From assembly GCA_943789475.1 (NCBI GenBank), contig CALSUG010000008.1, positions 183,053 through 247,052 of the forward strand: a stretch of DNA of 64,000 nucleotides. Direction: 5' to 3'. Positions 1-8,999 of this stretch are shown here, one piece after another. The stretch's first letter is position 1, and the number at the start of each line of letters is the position of its first letter. The notes below the pieces were generated by a model. The model worked only from the letters and a program-made list of their open reading frames with translations, made no database searches and was not told the origin of the DNA. The position numbers were made by a program, and so were the translations under genes. This DNA comes from an uncultured Alphaproteobacteria bacterium. Its GTDB lineage: Bacteria > Pseudomonadota > Alphaproteobacteria > Micavibrionales > UBA1664.

Positions 1-8
1 AAGTCCTG

Positions 9-326
9 ATGGATATCCTTTGTCTGGGTACGAGTTTTGTTTTAAGCACCTTAGAAGATCAAGAGAATATGCATGTTTGTTTTTTAGGTGATAATCCTGG
101 TCATTCTTGGACAACATTAGGATTGGCAGATCATCTTAAGCCGCAAATTGATACTTATGTTTCGGCAGTTAGAGAGTTTATGGATAATTGTTGTTTTAAT
201 TATCAAATTACAGATGTTTGTTCTAATGAGGGAACTATGCGTATTGATTTTAGAGGTGATCTGGCTATGCATGTAGTCGCTAGAGCGCATAGAGAAGGCT
301 ATATCGAGGAGCATGTTTATGTCTGA
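9..326 (+). CDS. hypothetical protein (105 aa)
   Basis: Track ORF only; no motif recognised; AT-rich accessory DNA. Confidence 0.25.
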   Translation: MDILCLGTSFVLSTLEDQENMHVCFLGDNPGHSWTTLGLADHLKPQIDTYVSAVREFMDNCCFNYQITDVCSNEGTMRIDFRGDLAMHVVARAHREGYIEEHVYV

Positions 327-409
327 CAGCGCTCATAGACCTGAAGTGCCACAGATACAAAATGGTTTGAGGTTTAATACCTAACTATATTCATCTTTTG
401 CGAATAACG

Positions 410-953
410 TTATTTTCCAATTAATTTCATTGTAGAAGCTGAAACAATTTTTGTATTCTTCTCACGTCGTATTTTTTGTAAATATTCTGGAATACAATCT
501 AGCTCCTTCCACTTAGGATCACTATACTCATTTCCGGAAAGTGTTAAATCAACGCGGCTCAATGTTTCTTCACGATATTCCATTGGTGGAATATGTTGAA
601 AGAAAACTAATTCAGGCAATTTTTGTTTTCTAAGCCCCTGAAAAACTGATAGTACGCTGTAGTTTTTCCAGTCTTTACCCTTTTGGGAAGCCTTTTCCTG
701 CGTTAAGAATTCTGCAATCTGGTGACGCATTGTCGTTGCGAATTGTTCTATAGCATTAACAACAGATACACCATCATCACTATTTTAAAAAACATATATA
801 AATAGCATCATCGCGTCGATCAATTGTTGTCAACACCTCTGTTTCTCCAAACCAAGTATTTGAAAAGATCTGAGGAGCTGTTTGTAGATTGCCCCCGATG
901 TCACAGAAAAGATCATTTGGCAGATCGTCAGATATTGGTTGGCCAACTTTCAT
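410..953 (-). pseudogene. hypothetical protein gene broken by a 1-nt frameshift
   Basis: ATG at 951-953 opens MKVGQPISDDLPNDLFCDIGGNLQTAPQIFSNTWFGETEVLTTIDRRDDAIYICFLK*. Removing one base in the T4/A6 run at 783-792 continues in frame as ..NSDDGVSVVNAIEQFATTMRHQIAEF.., which is track ORF 410..730. Confidence 0.45.
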
Positions 954-954
954 A

Positions 955-1312
955 CTATACGTTTTGATCCGTTTTGATCATTCGAACTGCATTATCAACA
1001 TCTTTCCAAGACTGAGTAATTTCTTCCATACTTGTAAAAGAGTCATAATCTATAGTCTGTACAAATCCGTCTAGTCCAACTAAGTCAGTAGGGTCAAATC
1101 TATCAAATACCCATCTTGCAGCGTCGGCAAATGTTTCATGCTGATAAGTATCGAGACAACGCCTTTGCTCGCTCAAATGGTATTCTTTTTCTTTTCTCTG
1201 CTCATTTGTTATATCATCAAAAGGAATGTTTGATAGACGATCAAATTCTGCTTTATGAAAGCCGTGTACTTCTTCCCCAATCAGGGTTGTATTCTGGATT
1301 TTTAGTGCTCAT
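955..1312 (-). pseudogene. hypothetical protein gene broken by a 1-nt frameshift
   Basis: ATG at 1310-1312 gives MSTKNPEYNPDWGRSTRLS*. Removing one base from the C4 run at 1275-1278 joins it to ..EEVHGFHKAEFDRLSNIPFDDITNEQRKEKEYHLSEQRR.., which is track ORF 955..1176. Confidence 0.45.
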
Positions 1313-1473
1313 ACCTTTAAATATATGGAAATATATTTAAAAATTCAATCTCTTTTTATTTTCGAGCTTCTCCATAAAAAACACAGAAAAAATTTTCTGC
1401 GCGAACAAATTAGTTGCGGACACAGCGAACAAAATCGCGTAAGTTTTAAAACATAATCGCTGGAAGTGACCGC

Positions 1474-1505
1474 AAGCCATGGGTAAAAACCGTGGCTTTT
1501 TTTTA
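1474..1505 (+). terminator. intrinsic terminator-like hairpin with no upstream CDS
   Basis: AAGCCATGG-N7-CCGTGGCTT stem followed by a T8-9 run. Confidence 0.45.
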
Positions 1506-1606
1506 TTGTCTGGTCTCCCTGTTGGACGATTAGGTACTTCCGGCGGTTTATTTGTATGCGGCGGGCTTAGGCGCAAAAAAACTGTCTAGCGACAGCTATT
1601 TTTTTG

Positions 1607-1694
1607 GGTCCGCACTTTGGACAAATTTGTAACAAGAATTGAGGATTTACAGTCTCTCTAGGTGCGGACCTGGGGTGCGGACCCATGCGGACCC
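1607..1694. repeat. TGCGGACC motif cluster (3 direct copies, 1 inverted, plus a 7-nt TGCGGAC core at 1415)
   Basis: GGTCCGCA at 1607-1614. TGCGGACC at 1663-1670, 1676-1683 and 1686-1693. TGCGGAC at 1415-1421. All are non-coding. Confidence 0.6.
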
Positions 1695-1788
1695 AAAATT
1701 CTAAAATGACCATTTCCTGAGAACTCTCTATTTGCTCTTTTTTTAGATGAATCTGGTATAATTATCGTCAATATTAGCCACAAGAAGG

Positions 1789-2034
1789 TTAAATAGTTTT
1801 ATGAAGGCTCGATGTTGAAAATACGATCATTATTTTGATAAATTGATCCATAGCTTGACGGATTTTTATCAAATTACTTAGAATATGCTGCAAATCTTTT
1901 ATATGAGCATCATTGATTTCATTAGCATCCACTTGAGAGGTGGTATCAAGTGCATATGTGATGAAAAATACCGTACGTTTCATATCAATTTTAGTGGCTA
2001 AAAAGCGGTCTTCTATTGTGTTTTCGTTTTTCAT
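1789..2034 (-). CDS. hypothetical protein (81 aa)
   Basis: Track ORF; AGGAGG-like RBS (complement of cctcct at 2041-2046) upstream of ATG 2032-2034. Confidence 0.35.
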   Translation of the reverse strand: MKNENTIEDRFLATKIDMKRTVFFITYALDTTSQVDANEINDAHIKDLQHILSNLIKIRQAMDQFIKIMIVFSTSSLHKTI

Positions 2035-2128
2035 ACTTACCTCCTATGAAGTTAAGTAACGCTTCGTTTCAAAAGAAAGTAAAGCTTTAGGTGCAGACTT
2101 GTTTTTTCGATTCTGGTATAAAAAGTAT

Positions 2129-2547
2129 ATGAAAAAATTATCACTAGACGATCTCGATTACGAATTGATTAAACATGCGCACCGTGTTTTTGAAACAGTC
2201 GATTCAGATTGGCACGGTGTTTCATCCGCTCTACGTTACAATCAGGTCAAATATTTACAGGTGTTGTGCTTGAGGCTGAAGTTCCTGCACTGACTGTTTG
2301 TGCAGAACCATTCGCAATTGAAAAAGCGCTACCACATATCAAAAACAATCCAATCGTATCTATCGTTGCAACTCGTTTTCGTGAAGAAACAGATCACAAG
2401 GTGATTCCACCTTGTGGCCGATGTCGTGAATTTATAACAGATTACGCCCCAGATGCAGGTGTTATTATATATGATCATCAAGATGAAAAACTTTATAAAA
2501 TAAAGGCCATGGACTTACTACCGTTTAAGTATCAGGCAATGCCATAA
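2129..2547 (+). pseudogene. cytidine-deaminase-fold protein, blasticidin-S-deaminase-like, frameshifted
   Basis: C-terminal frame has CAEPFAIEKA and PPCGRCREF (zinc-ligand CAE / PCGxCR motifs). The N-terminus MKKLSLDDLDYELIKHAHRVFETVDSDWHGVSSALRYN is in another frame from ATG 2129. One missing base near 2241 would give ..ALRYNSGQIFTGVVLE... Confidence 0.6.
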
Positions 2548-3012
2548 TATGATCTTCATCAGGTTCTATCGGTTCGTATTTAGATTTTAGCGAATAATAT
2601 GCATTTTCATCAATGAACAATGCACCATCTGGCATTTGATTTGTTCTCTTGTTTAGCCTTTCTAGTGCTATCTTTTCATCAAGATTTAGAACATGTAGCT
2701 CACATAAAGCATTTAAGTGACTTGCTTGCTTGCGATATCCTTCTCTATCCTCTAGTTTCCAGAAACCATAATCTAAAATGACGGATGTTTTATTTTGTAA
2801 AATTTTTTAGCCATCTTCCATATCATATCTTTCACATCGGATTCATATTGATCAAATCGATCAATATGAGGGTTGTCTCCATAAAAATGAACTATCCATT
2901 CATCCAATGTAAAACGTATCGCGTTTGTTGCGCCCTCTAACTTTTTCGCATAAGTTGTTTTCCCAGAGGCGATATACCCATGAATGAGATAAAGCGTTGG
3001 TTTCTCTGTCAT
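2525..3012 (-). pseudogene. P-loop kinase/NTPase (AAA_33-like), frameshifted
   Basis: Walker A LIHGYIASGKTT in track ORF 2773..3012. The remainder (KILQNKTSVILDYGFWKLEDREGYRKQASHLNALCELHVLNLDEKIALERLNKRTNQMPDG...) is in another frame down to a stop at 2525-2527. The shift is at the A4/T6 run 2799-2808. Confidence 0.6.
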
Positions 3013-3641
3013 GTCAATAATGATACTACAAAATCGCTCTTATTCAAATCATCGACTGAACGAAATTCATACGCTTCCCACCCAAATTGATTGGCGCTGT
3101 TAACAACATCGGGAGTGTCATCAAAAAAGATAGGAGGGGTTTGAGGGTTGCCTAATATATTATGAACCTCTTTAAAATAATCTTGTGATGGTTTGATATG
3201 GCCGATTTTTGCGGAATGAAAAATATCTTTAAAATAGACCTGAAACCCAAGATTTTGCATTAAATATTGTGCACGATTGTGTTCCTGGTTGGTGGCAATA
3301 TACAAATCATTATCGGGTGATTGTTTAATAATTTTTATTTTTTCGATCAAATCATGATTAATGTTTGAATCATGTTCTAACCAATAATCAATAACGATCT
3401 GAGGGTTATCATGAAATCCAGCCGTTGGTAAAAAGTTCTCCAACGCATCATATAAATCCATCTGTCCGACAAGAACATGTTCGATAAAGTCCTTAAAAAT
3501 AAAATCATCTTTGAATTTTTTACGATTAATTCCTAAATCAATTTCTAAATTTTCATCCCAATAATGACGCAATTCTGCACGAGCATGATACTGATGAATC
3601 AAAACACCATCAACGTCAAACAAAATGATTTGTTTCATCAT
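3009..3641 (-). CDS. HAD-superfamily hydrolase
   Basis: Motif I FDVDGVL near the N-terminus and a C-terminal FFDDTPDV acidic motif; 210 aa. Confidence 0.7.
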   Translation of the reverse strand: MMKQIILFDVDGVLIHQYHARAELRHYWDENLEIDLGINRKKFKDDFIFKDFIEHVLVGQMDLYDALENFLPTAGFHDNPQIVIDYWLEHDSNINHDLIEKIKIIKQSPDNDLYIATNQEHNRAQYLMQNLGFQVYFKDIFHSAKIGHIKPSQDYFKEVHNILGNPQTPPIFFDDTPDVVNSANQFGWEAYEFRSVDDLNKSDFVVSLLT

Positions 3642-4076
3642 TTATTCCTCAAATGGCTTATCGCCTAAATGTGTGAAGAAGCGAAGAAGGTAGCCATCAG
3701 GATCTTGAATCAAAAACTGGCGGTTGCCACCCATCGTATCGCCCGTGCGATACCATTTTTCTTCTATCTCCATAAATAACGGGTAACCCATATCTGCTAA
3801 TTTTTGATACAGGCTATCAACATCAGCGATTTCAATTTGAAAATTAATGCCACGTCCGTATGGTTGTTCTAATTCAGCCGTTTTCCAACTGTGTCCCGTA
3901 CCATCAGGTTGCTCAACCATGATTTGCGCGCCTTCTTTATCCAGATAAGCAAAACCTTCCTCTGGTCGGCCATATTTCATTTCAAACCCAAGGGTTTGAA
4001 TGTAAAATTCCAATGTTTTTTCAATATCCGTTACATAAAATTCAGGAACTAATTTCGACCATATCTCATCTGTCAT
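3642..4076 (-). CDS. VOC family protein (glyoxalase / bleomycin-resistance fold)
   Basis: 144 aa; FYxxxLGFE N-terminal motif and a duplicated beta-alpha-beta3 pattern typical of the glyoxalase/bleomycin-resistance family. Confidence 0.6.
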   Translation of the reverse strand: MTDEIWSKLVPEFYVTDIEKTLEFYIQTLGFEMKYGRPEEGFAYLDKEGAQIMVEQPDGTGHSWKTAELEQPYGRGINFQIEIADVDSLYQKLADMGYPLFMEIEEKWYRTGDTMGGNRQFLIQDPDGYLLRFFTHLGDKPFEE

Positions 4077-4152
4077 GATAAATCCTTACTTAAAAAGTAA
4101 ATAATAATCTTATTTAAATATCAAACTATAAAATTGATTTTTATCTTAATAG

Positions 4153-5394
4153 ATGATATTTATAATTATGGAATTAGAGAAAACAATAAAATATTTAAAA
4201 AATCTTGTGTCTCTGGAGTCGGTTACAAGTAACGATAACGCAAAAATTGTTTCTTATATTGGCTCAATTTTAGAAAGTAACTCTTTCAAAGTTGAGTTAA
4301 TAAAAGCTCCGAATGGTAATAGTAGTATTTATGCAGAAATAGGGCCTTCAGATAAACCACCACTAATTTTTTCAGGTCATTATGATGTTGTGCCAGCAGA
4401 CTCTCAATCTATGCATTCTGGTAGATGGTGTTATACTGAAAATCCTGAAACTTTAGATACCCCAGCAAAAAAATGGACAAATGATCCGCATACTTGTGTC
4501 GAAAAAGACGGAAAAATATATGGTCGTGGAACATGTGATATGTTGGGTGCAATTGCAACCTTATTAAATTTTTCAAGTGAAATAGCAACAAAAAATTTAG
4601 CTCGTAAAGTCGTTTTTATTATTACATGTGATGAAGAAACTGATATGCAATCCATCAAATATATTCTTGCGAAAAAATTTGATTCAAAGTCTGGTACGGC
4701 TTTACCTATAGGGGCCATAATAATGGAACCTACTAATATGCATCCTGTTATTGCTCATAGAGGAGTCGTTGCGGGTAAGATTACTGTTAAAGGTAAATTT
4801 TCTCACGTTTCTAGACCAGACTTAATGATTGATCCTATAGAACCCCTATTAGATATATTGAGTTACTTCAAGCTTCATACTGCAAAATATCTTAATGAAG
4901 AAATGGCTGATGAGGGCTTTATTCCTCAACAATCGCAGATGACCATATATAGCCTTAAAACACACGAAAAAGGAAGAAACACCCCTGAAATTGCAGAGTT
5001 TGGATACGTTTTTCATTATTTACCCGATAATTATCCAAGCGAGTGCTTAGAAAAGCTAGATGAATACGTTCGTTCAAAAAATACAGATATTAAAAATATA
5101 AATGCACAGAGTAGTATTACGCATGAAATCGATTTTAAAATGGATAGCTTTTCCACACCAGATACAAGCACATTTGCAAACAAAGTCGCTTCACATACAA
5201 TCTCTGCTAAATTTAAAAAAGTTGGTTTTTTTACTGAGGCAGGACATTTTCAAAATGTAGGAATTCCTGTTACAATAGTGGGACCAGGATCAATTTTACA
5301 AGCTCATACACCTGATGAGTTCGTAGAAGTTAGCCAATTAGATCAATCTTTGAATTTTTTAAAAAACATATATAAAGGGTTTTTAATAGAATGA
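4153..5394 (+). CDS. M20 family metallohydrolase (ArgE/DapE/ACY1-like)
   Basis: FSGHYDVVPA, GRGTCDMLGA and CDEETD metal-ligand motifs; 413 aa. Confidence 0.7.
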   Translation: MIFIIMELEKTIKYLKNLVSLESVTSNDNAKIVSYIGSILESNSFKVELIKAPNGNSSIYAEIGPSDKPPLIFSGHYDVVPADSQSMHSGRWCYTENPETLDTPAKKWTNDPHTCVEKDGKIYGRGTCDMLGAIATLLNFSSEIATKNLARKVVFIITCDEETDMQSIKYILAKKFDSKSGTALPIGAIIMEPTNMHPVIAHRGVVAGKITVKGKFSHVSRPDLMIDPIEPLLDILSYFKLHTAKYLNEEMADEGFIPQQSQMTIYSLKTHEKGRNTPEIAEFGYVFHYLPDNYPSECLEKLDEYVRSKNTDIKNINAQSSITHEIDFKMDSFSTPDTSTFANKVASHTISAKFKKVGFFTEAGHFQNVGIPVTIVGPGSILQAHTPDEFVEVSQLDQSLNFLKNIYKGFLIE

Positions 5395-6134
5395 ATAATC
5401 AATTAGCTGAGTCGTTAGAAAAGAGAGGATTCTGCCTTTTAGAGAATGCTATTACATTAGAGAAACTCGAACTCATAAGGAGCGAACTCGATGGTATTGA
5501 ATCTGAGGTTATAAGTAATGGTATTGATGAAAAAAATCAAATCATAAAGTTGGATAAAGTCCGTTTTATGATTCACAATTTACAATTTGAAAACTGCCCA
5601 GAAGTACATAATGTCATTATAAATGGTGTTGGCAATAAGGTTTTGAGTTCAATTGTAGAGGATAGCCTGGTCTGTACAGGTGCAACATTTGCTAATTGCA
5701 AACCTGGTTTCCCTGGAATTCCTATGCATACTGATTACGATCCATATGACAAAAATATTTATAGGCCAAGTAACCCCATTGCCATTAGAATTTTATACTA
5801 TTTAGATGATATTGAGCCACAAAAATCACCTTTAAGATTATTACCCTATTCACACACATCTTTGAATAAAAACAGAACTTATAATTTAGAATTTGACGAA
5901 GACTTAGAAGATGAAATTCAGTTTACTTGTAAAGCAGGAACTGCAGTAATGTTTAATACAAAAATGTTCCATGGCGTTAAACCAAATAAAACAAAAATGA
6001 ATAGACGTGTATTAGCGCTAACTTATAGGCCCAGATTTTCAAAACCTTTAAATCACGTGGAAGAATACACAGATATAAAACTATCTACGCTGTCCAATGA
6101 ATTGCGCCCTTATTTTGAAAACATCAATGGCTGA
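5391..6134 (+). CDS. phytanoyl-CoA dioxygenase (PhyH) family Fe(II)/2-oxoglutarate oxygenase
   Basis: HTDYD (HxD) facial-triad motif and distal FHGVKPN histidine. The start overlaps the M20 stop by 4 nt (ATGA). Confidence 0.6.
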   Translation: MNNQLAESLEKRGFCLLENAITLEKLELIRSELDGIESEVISNGIDEKNQIIKLDKVRFMIHNLQFENCPEVHNVIINGVGNKVLSSIVEDSLVCTGATFANCKPGFPGIPMHTDYDPYDKNIYRPSNPIAIRILYYLDDIEPQKSPLRLLPYSHTSLNKNRTYNLEFDEDLEDEIQFTCKAGTAVMFNTKMFHGVKPNKTKMNRRVLALTYRPRFSKPLNHVEEYTDIKLSTLSNELRPYFENING

Positions 6135-6900
6135 AGTAATATTTGGGACGCAAAATATTAATAGTTCTAATATTCGGCTTTGCGAAATAGCTTGGAATAA
6201 AGGTATAAGATCCTATGATACTGCTTTAGCATATAATAATTTAAACCATTTGAATAATTTTTTTAAAAATTTGCAAGATAGGTCTAGCTACCGAATAATA
6301 TCAAAGATAACAAAAGGACATATAGAGTATGAGGGTGTTAGAAAAAGCATATTAAAGATCTTACAAAAGTTAAATAATCAAGACTACATAGATACACTCT
6401 TAATTCATGCACCAAAAGGTGTTGATCACATTAAAGTATTAAATGAATTAGAAGAATTGCGACAAGATGGTTTAATAAAAAAATATGGAGTAAGTAATTA
6501 CACCATAAAACACCTGAGATCATTAAAAAACAGCAACATTAAGTTAGACGTATTACAAAATGAAATACACCCGTTTTTACAAGAGAGTGAGTTAGTAAAC
6601 TATTGTAATAGAGAGAATATAAATGTTATGGCGCATAGCGGGTATGCACATGGTTTAGTATTTAAAAATCCTAGAATTAAGAAAGTTGCTAACCTTTTGA
6701 ACGTTACAATAAGCGAGTTAATTTTAAGTTGGCACCTTTCTAGAAAGATTAGTCCTATATTTTTTTCTTCTGATAGTAATCATATTAAAAATACAGATTA
6801 TTCAAAAATATCAAAAATAAGTCCTCAATTTTTTGAAGACATATCAGGATTAAATACTAATTTAAGAATATGTGATAATCCTGAATGGTCTGAGTTTTAA
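6127..6900 (+). CDS. aldo/keto reductase family oxidoreductase
   Basis: SYDTALAY (Asp/Tyr catalytic), LIHAP and GVSNY motifs. I prefer ATG 6127 to the track start 6097; it overlaps the PhyH stop. Confidence 0.6.
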   Translation: MAEVIFGTQNINSSNIRLCEIAWNKGIRSYDTALAYNNLNHLNNFFKNLQDRSSYRIISKITKGHIEYEGVRKSILKILQKLNNQDYIDTLLIHAPKGVDHIKVLNELEELRQDGLIKKYGVSNYTIKHLRSLKNSNIKLDVLQNEIHPFLQESELVNYCNRENINVMAHSGYAHGLVFKNPRIKKVANLLNVTISELILSWHLSRKISPIFFSSDSNHIKNTDYSKISKISPQFFEDISGLNTNLRICDNPEWSEF

Positions 6901-6907
6901 TGTGTGA

Positions 6908-8191
6908 TTAAGATTCAGGGTGAATAACATCCACACCTAACCAAGGCTGTAAAGGTTTAGGAACTCTAACGCTACCGTCTTCTTGTTGATTTTGCTCTAC
7001 TATTGCCGGCAGCAGTCTGCTGGTGGCCAAACCAGATGCATTTAACGTATGAAGTAACTCTGTCTTCTTTTGCCCTTTTCTTTTAAAGCGGATTTTTGCT
7101 CGTCGAGCTTGATAGTCTTTTGCCCATGAAGCAGATGATACTTCTTTATAGATCCCCATACTTGGTATCCATACTTCTATATCATAAGTTATAGCCATAG
7201 AAGCACTAGAATCCTCTGCAGCTAATAAAGAAGTTCTGTAGTGTAATCCTAGTTCTTCCATTAACCTTTCCCCTTTATGAATTAGCTCTTGAAGGGCTGC
7301 TTCTCCATCTTCGGGTTTTGTAAATTGAAACATTTCAACTTTGTTGAACTGATGCCCGCGAACAGTTCCTCTTTCTTCTGTTCTTCCTCCGCCTTTTTCA
7401 CTCCTATAGCAGGGAGAGTAAGCAAATGATTTTATTGGCAGCATATTTTCATCAATAATTTCATCCCGGTATATATTAAGAATTGCAGTTTCTGATGTTG
7501 GTAATAAGAATCTATTCTGATCCCCATCTGAAGTTTTTAAATGAAACACGTCATCTCTAAACTTAGGAAATTGACCAGCAGATAACCCGCATTCATCGAT
7601 TAGTAAATGTGGAGGCAGTAAAAAAGTATATCCATCCTTATAATGTTCCATACAGAAGTAATTTAATAAAGCCCATTCTAATGCAGCACCCATTCCTTTA
7701 TACAACCAAAAGCCAGAACCACCCAGTTTAACGCCACGTTCATAATCAACTAGATCCAAAGAAGTGCAAAGCTCAACATGATCTTTCATTGTGAAATCGA
7801 ACACTGGTTTTTCGCCAAATTTTTTAACTACTGTATTATTTTCTTTTCCTCCAGCAGGAACAATATCTTCAGGTATATTTGGTAGACTTAGTAATTCCAA
7901 ATCCAATGATTTTTTTATTTTCTCTACTTGTGAAGATAAGTCGATAATATTTTCATTGAGCTTCTTAACTTGCTTTTCCAATATATCAGTATCTTCGTTT
8001 TTAGACTTTAGCTGACCAATTTTTTTAGATATTGAATTACGTTCAGCTTGGTTTTCTTCAAGTTTGAGGCTTATCGATTTCACATCAGCATCTAATTCGA
8101 TAATGTAATCTATATTTAAATCAGATGTTCGCTTTAAAAGGGCTTTTACAACAGCTTCTTTGTTGTCTTTTATGTATTTTATATCCAGCAT
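6908..8191 (-). CDS. serS: seryl-tRNA synthetase, paralog 1 (divergent)
   Basis: 427 aa with an N-terminal coiled-coil tRNA arm. Class II motif 2 is CYRSEKGGGRTEERGTVRGHQFNKVE; motif 3 is HTLNASGLATSRLLPAIVEQNQ. Confidence 0.85.
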   Translation of the reverse strand: MLDIKYIKDNKEAVVKALLKRTSDLNIDYIIELDADVKSISLKLEENQAERNSISKKIGQLKSKNEDTDILEKQVKKLNENIIDLSSQVEKIKKSLDLELLSLPNIPEDIVPAGGKENNTVVKKFGEKPVFDFTMKDHVELCTSLDLVDYERGVKLGGSGFWLYKGMGAALEWALLNYFCMEHYKDGYTFLLPPHLLIDECGLSAGQFPKFRDDVFHLKTSDGDQNRFLLPTSETAILNIYRDEIIDENMLPIKSFAYSPCYRSEKGGGRTEERGTVRGHQFNKVEMFQFTKPEDGEAALQELIHKGERLMEELGLHYRTSLLAAEDSSASMAITYDIEVWIPSMGIYKEVSSASWAKDYQARRAKIRFKRKGQKKTELLHTLNASGLATSRLLPAIVEQNQQEDGSVRVPKPLQPWLGVDVIHPES

Positions 8192-8276
8192 AATTTTTAT
8201 CCATTGATTAATTAATAATTTATAAGAGTATTACCTCAATAAGCTAGGTATAGCAAGATACACAACTGATAGAAAA

Positions 8277-8993
8277 TTAAAGAGTAGATACATAATCCGA
8301 TAATATTTTTACTAGCTCATCATCATCCAGATAATTATGATCTACATCTGGTATATTTTTATTCTTAGTAATCGTTCTTGCCCACCGTCTTGTATCTTTC
8401 GTATGACACATCAAAGTACTTATTTCGCTATCTCCTCCATAAATAATACGATGCATTTGATGAGATAACATGTAGTAGGAATCACCTTTAGAGTGGTATA
8501 ATTTTTCTTTTAAACACACTTCTGACTTACCTATATATTGAACAGAGGCATCACTTTTTTCTGTTTTTCCTATATAAAGATATTCGTCATAAGAGTTACC
8601 ACCTCCAGGTGTCGCGTCTTCCCATATTTCAGTTTCCATTTTTCCAGTTAAAATAGATGAAGCAAAATGCCATCTATGATCGTGTATATTTTCTTCAGCT
8701 TTGCATTCTGGCTTCCAAATATGCAGCCTAAGACGAAAAAGAGAATTATCATCTAATATAATTTTATAAAATCCATTACCATGCAAATAAGACCGTTTAG
8801 CTATCTGGTTTAATAGTATTGGGTCACCTAGTATTTGAAGGATTGCTTTTTTAAAGCCGTTGGTACTGAATACTTTTAATTTCTGAGATAGCTCTTGCAT
8901 AGCCTGCTCAGGATTACTTTTATTACTAACTAAAAGATTTTTAATCTCTGCTAAAAAATTGTTAAAACTCAATGGGCTATCTATTTTATTCAT
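8277..8993 (-). CDS. hypothetical protein, possible cupin-like metalloprotein
   Basis: 238 aa. His-rich stretch LHIWKPECKAEENIHDHRWHFASSILTGKMETEIWE plus a later HQMHRI resemble a cupin metal site. Weak, eye-based call. Confidence 0.3.
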   Translation of the reverse strand: MNKIDSPLSFNNFLAEIKNLLVSNKSNPEQAMQELSQKLKVFSTNGFKKAILQILGDPILLNQIAKRSYLHGNGFYKIILDDNSLFRLRLHIWKPECKAEENIHDHRWHFASSILTGKMETEIWEDATPGGGNSYDEYLYIGKTEKSDASVQYIGKSEVCLKEKLYHSKGDSYYMLSHQMHRIIYGGDSEISTLMCHTKDTRRWARTITKNKNIPDVDHNYLDDDELVKILSDYVSTL

Positions 8994-8999
8994 ATTATT

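Noticed and set aside
1337-1576. ORF 1337..1576 (-), 79 aa.
   Set aside because: It spans terminator hairpins and repeat DNA. The basic, proline-rich translation has no start context, so it is likely non-coding.
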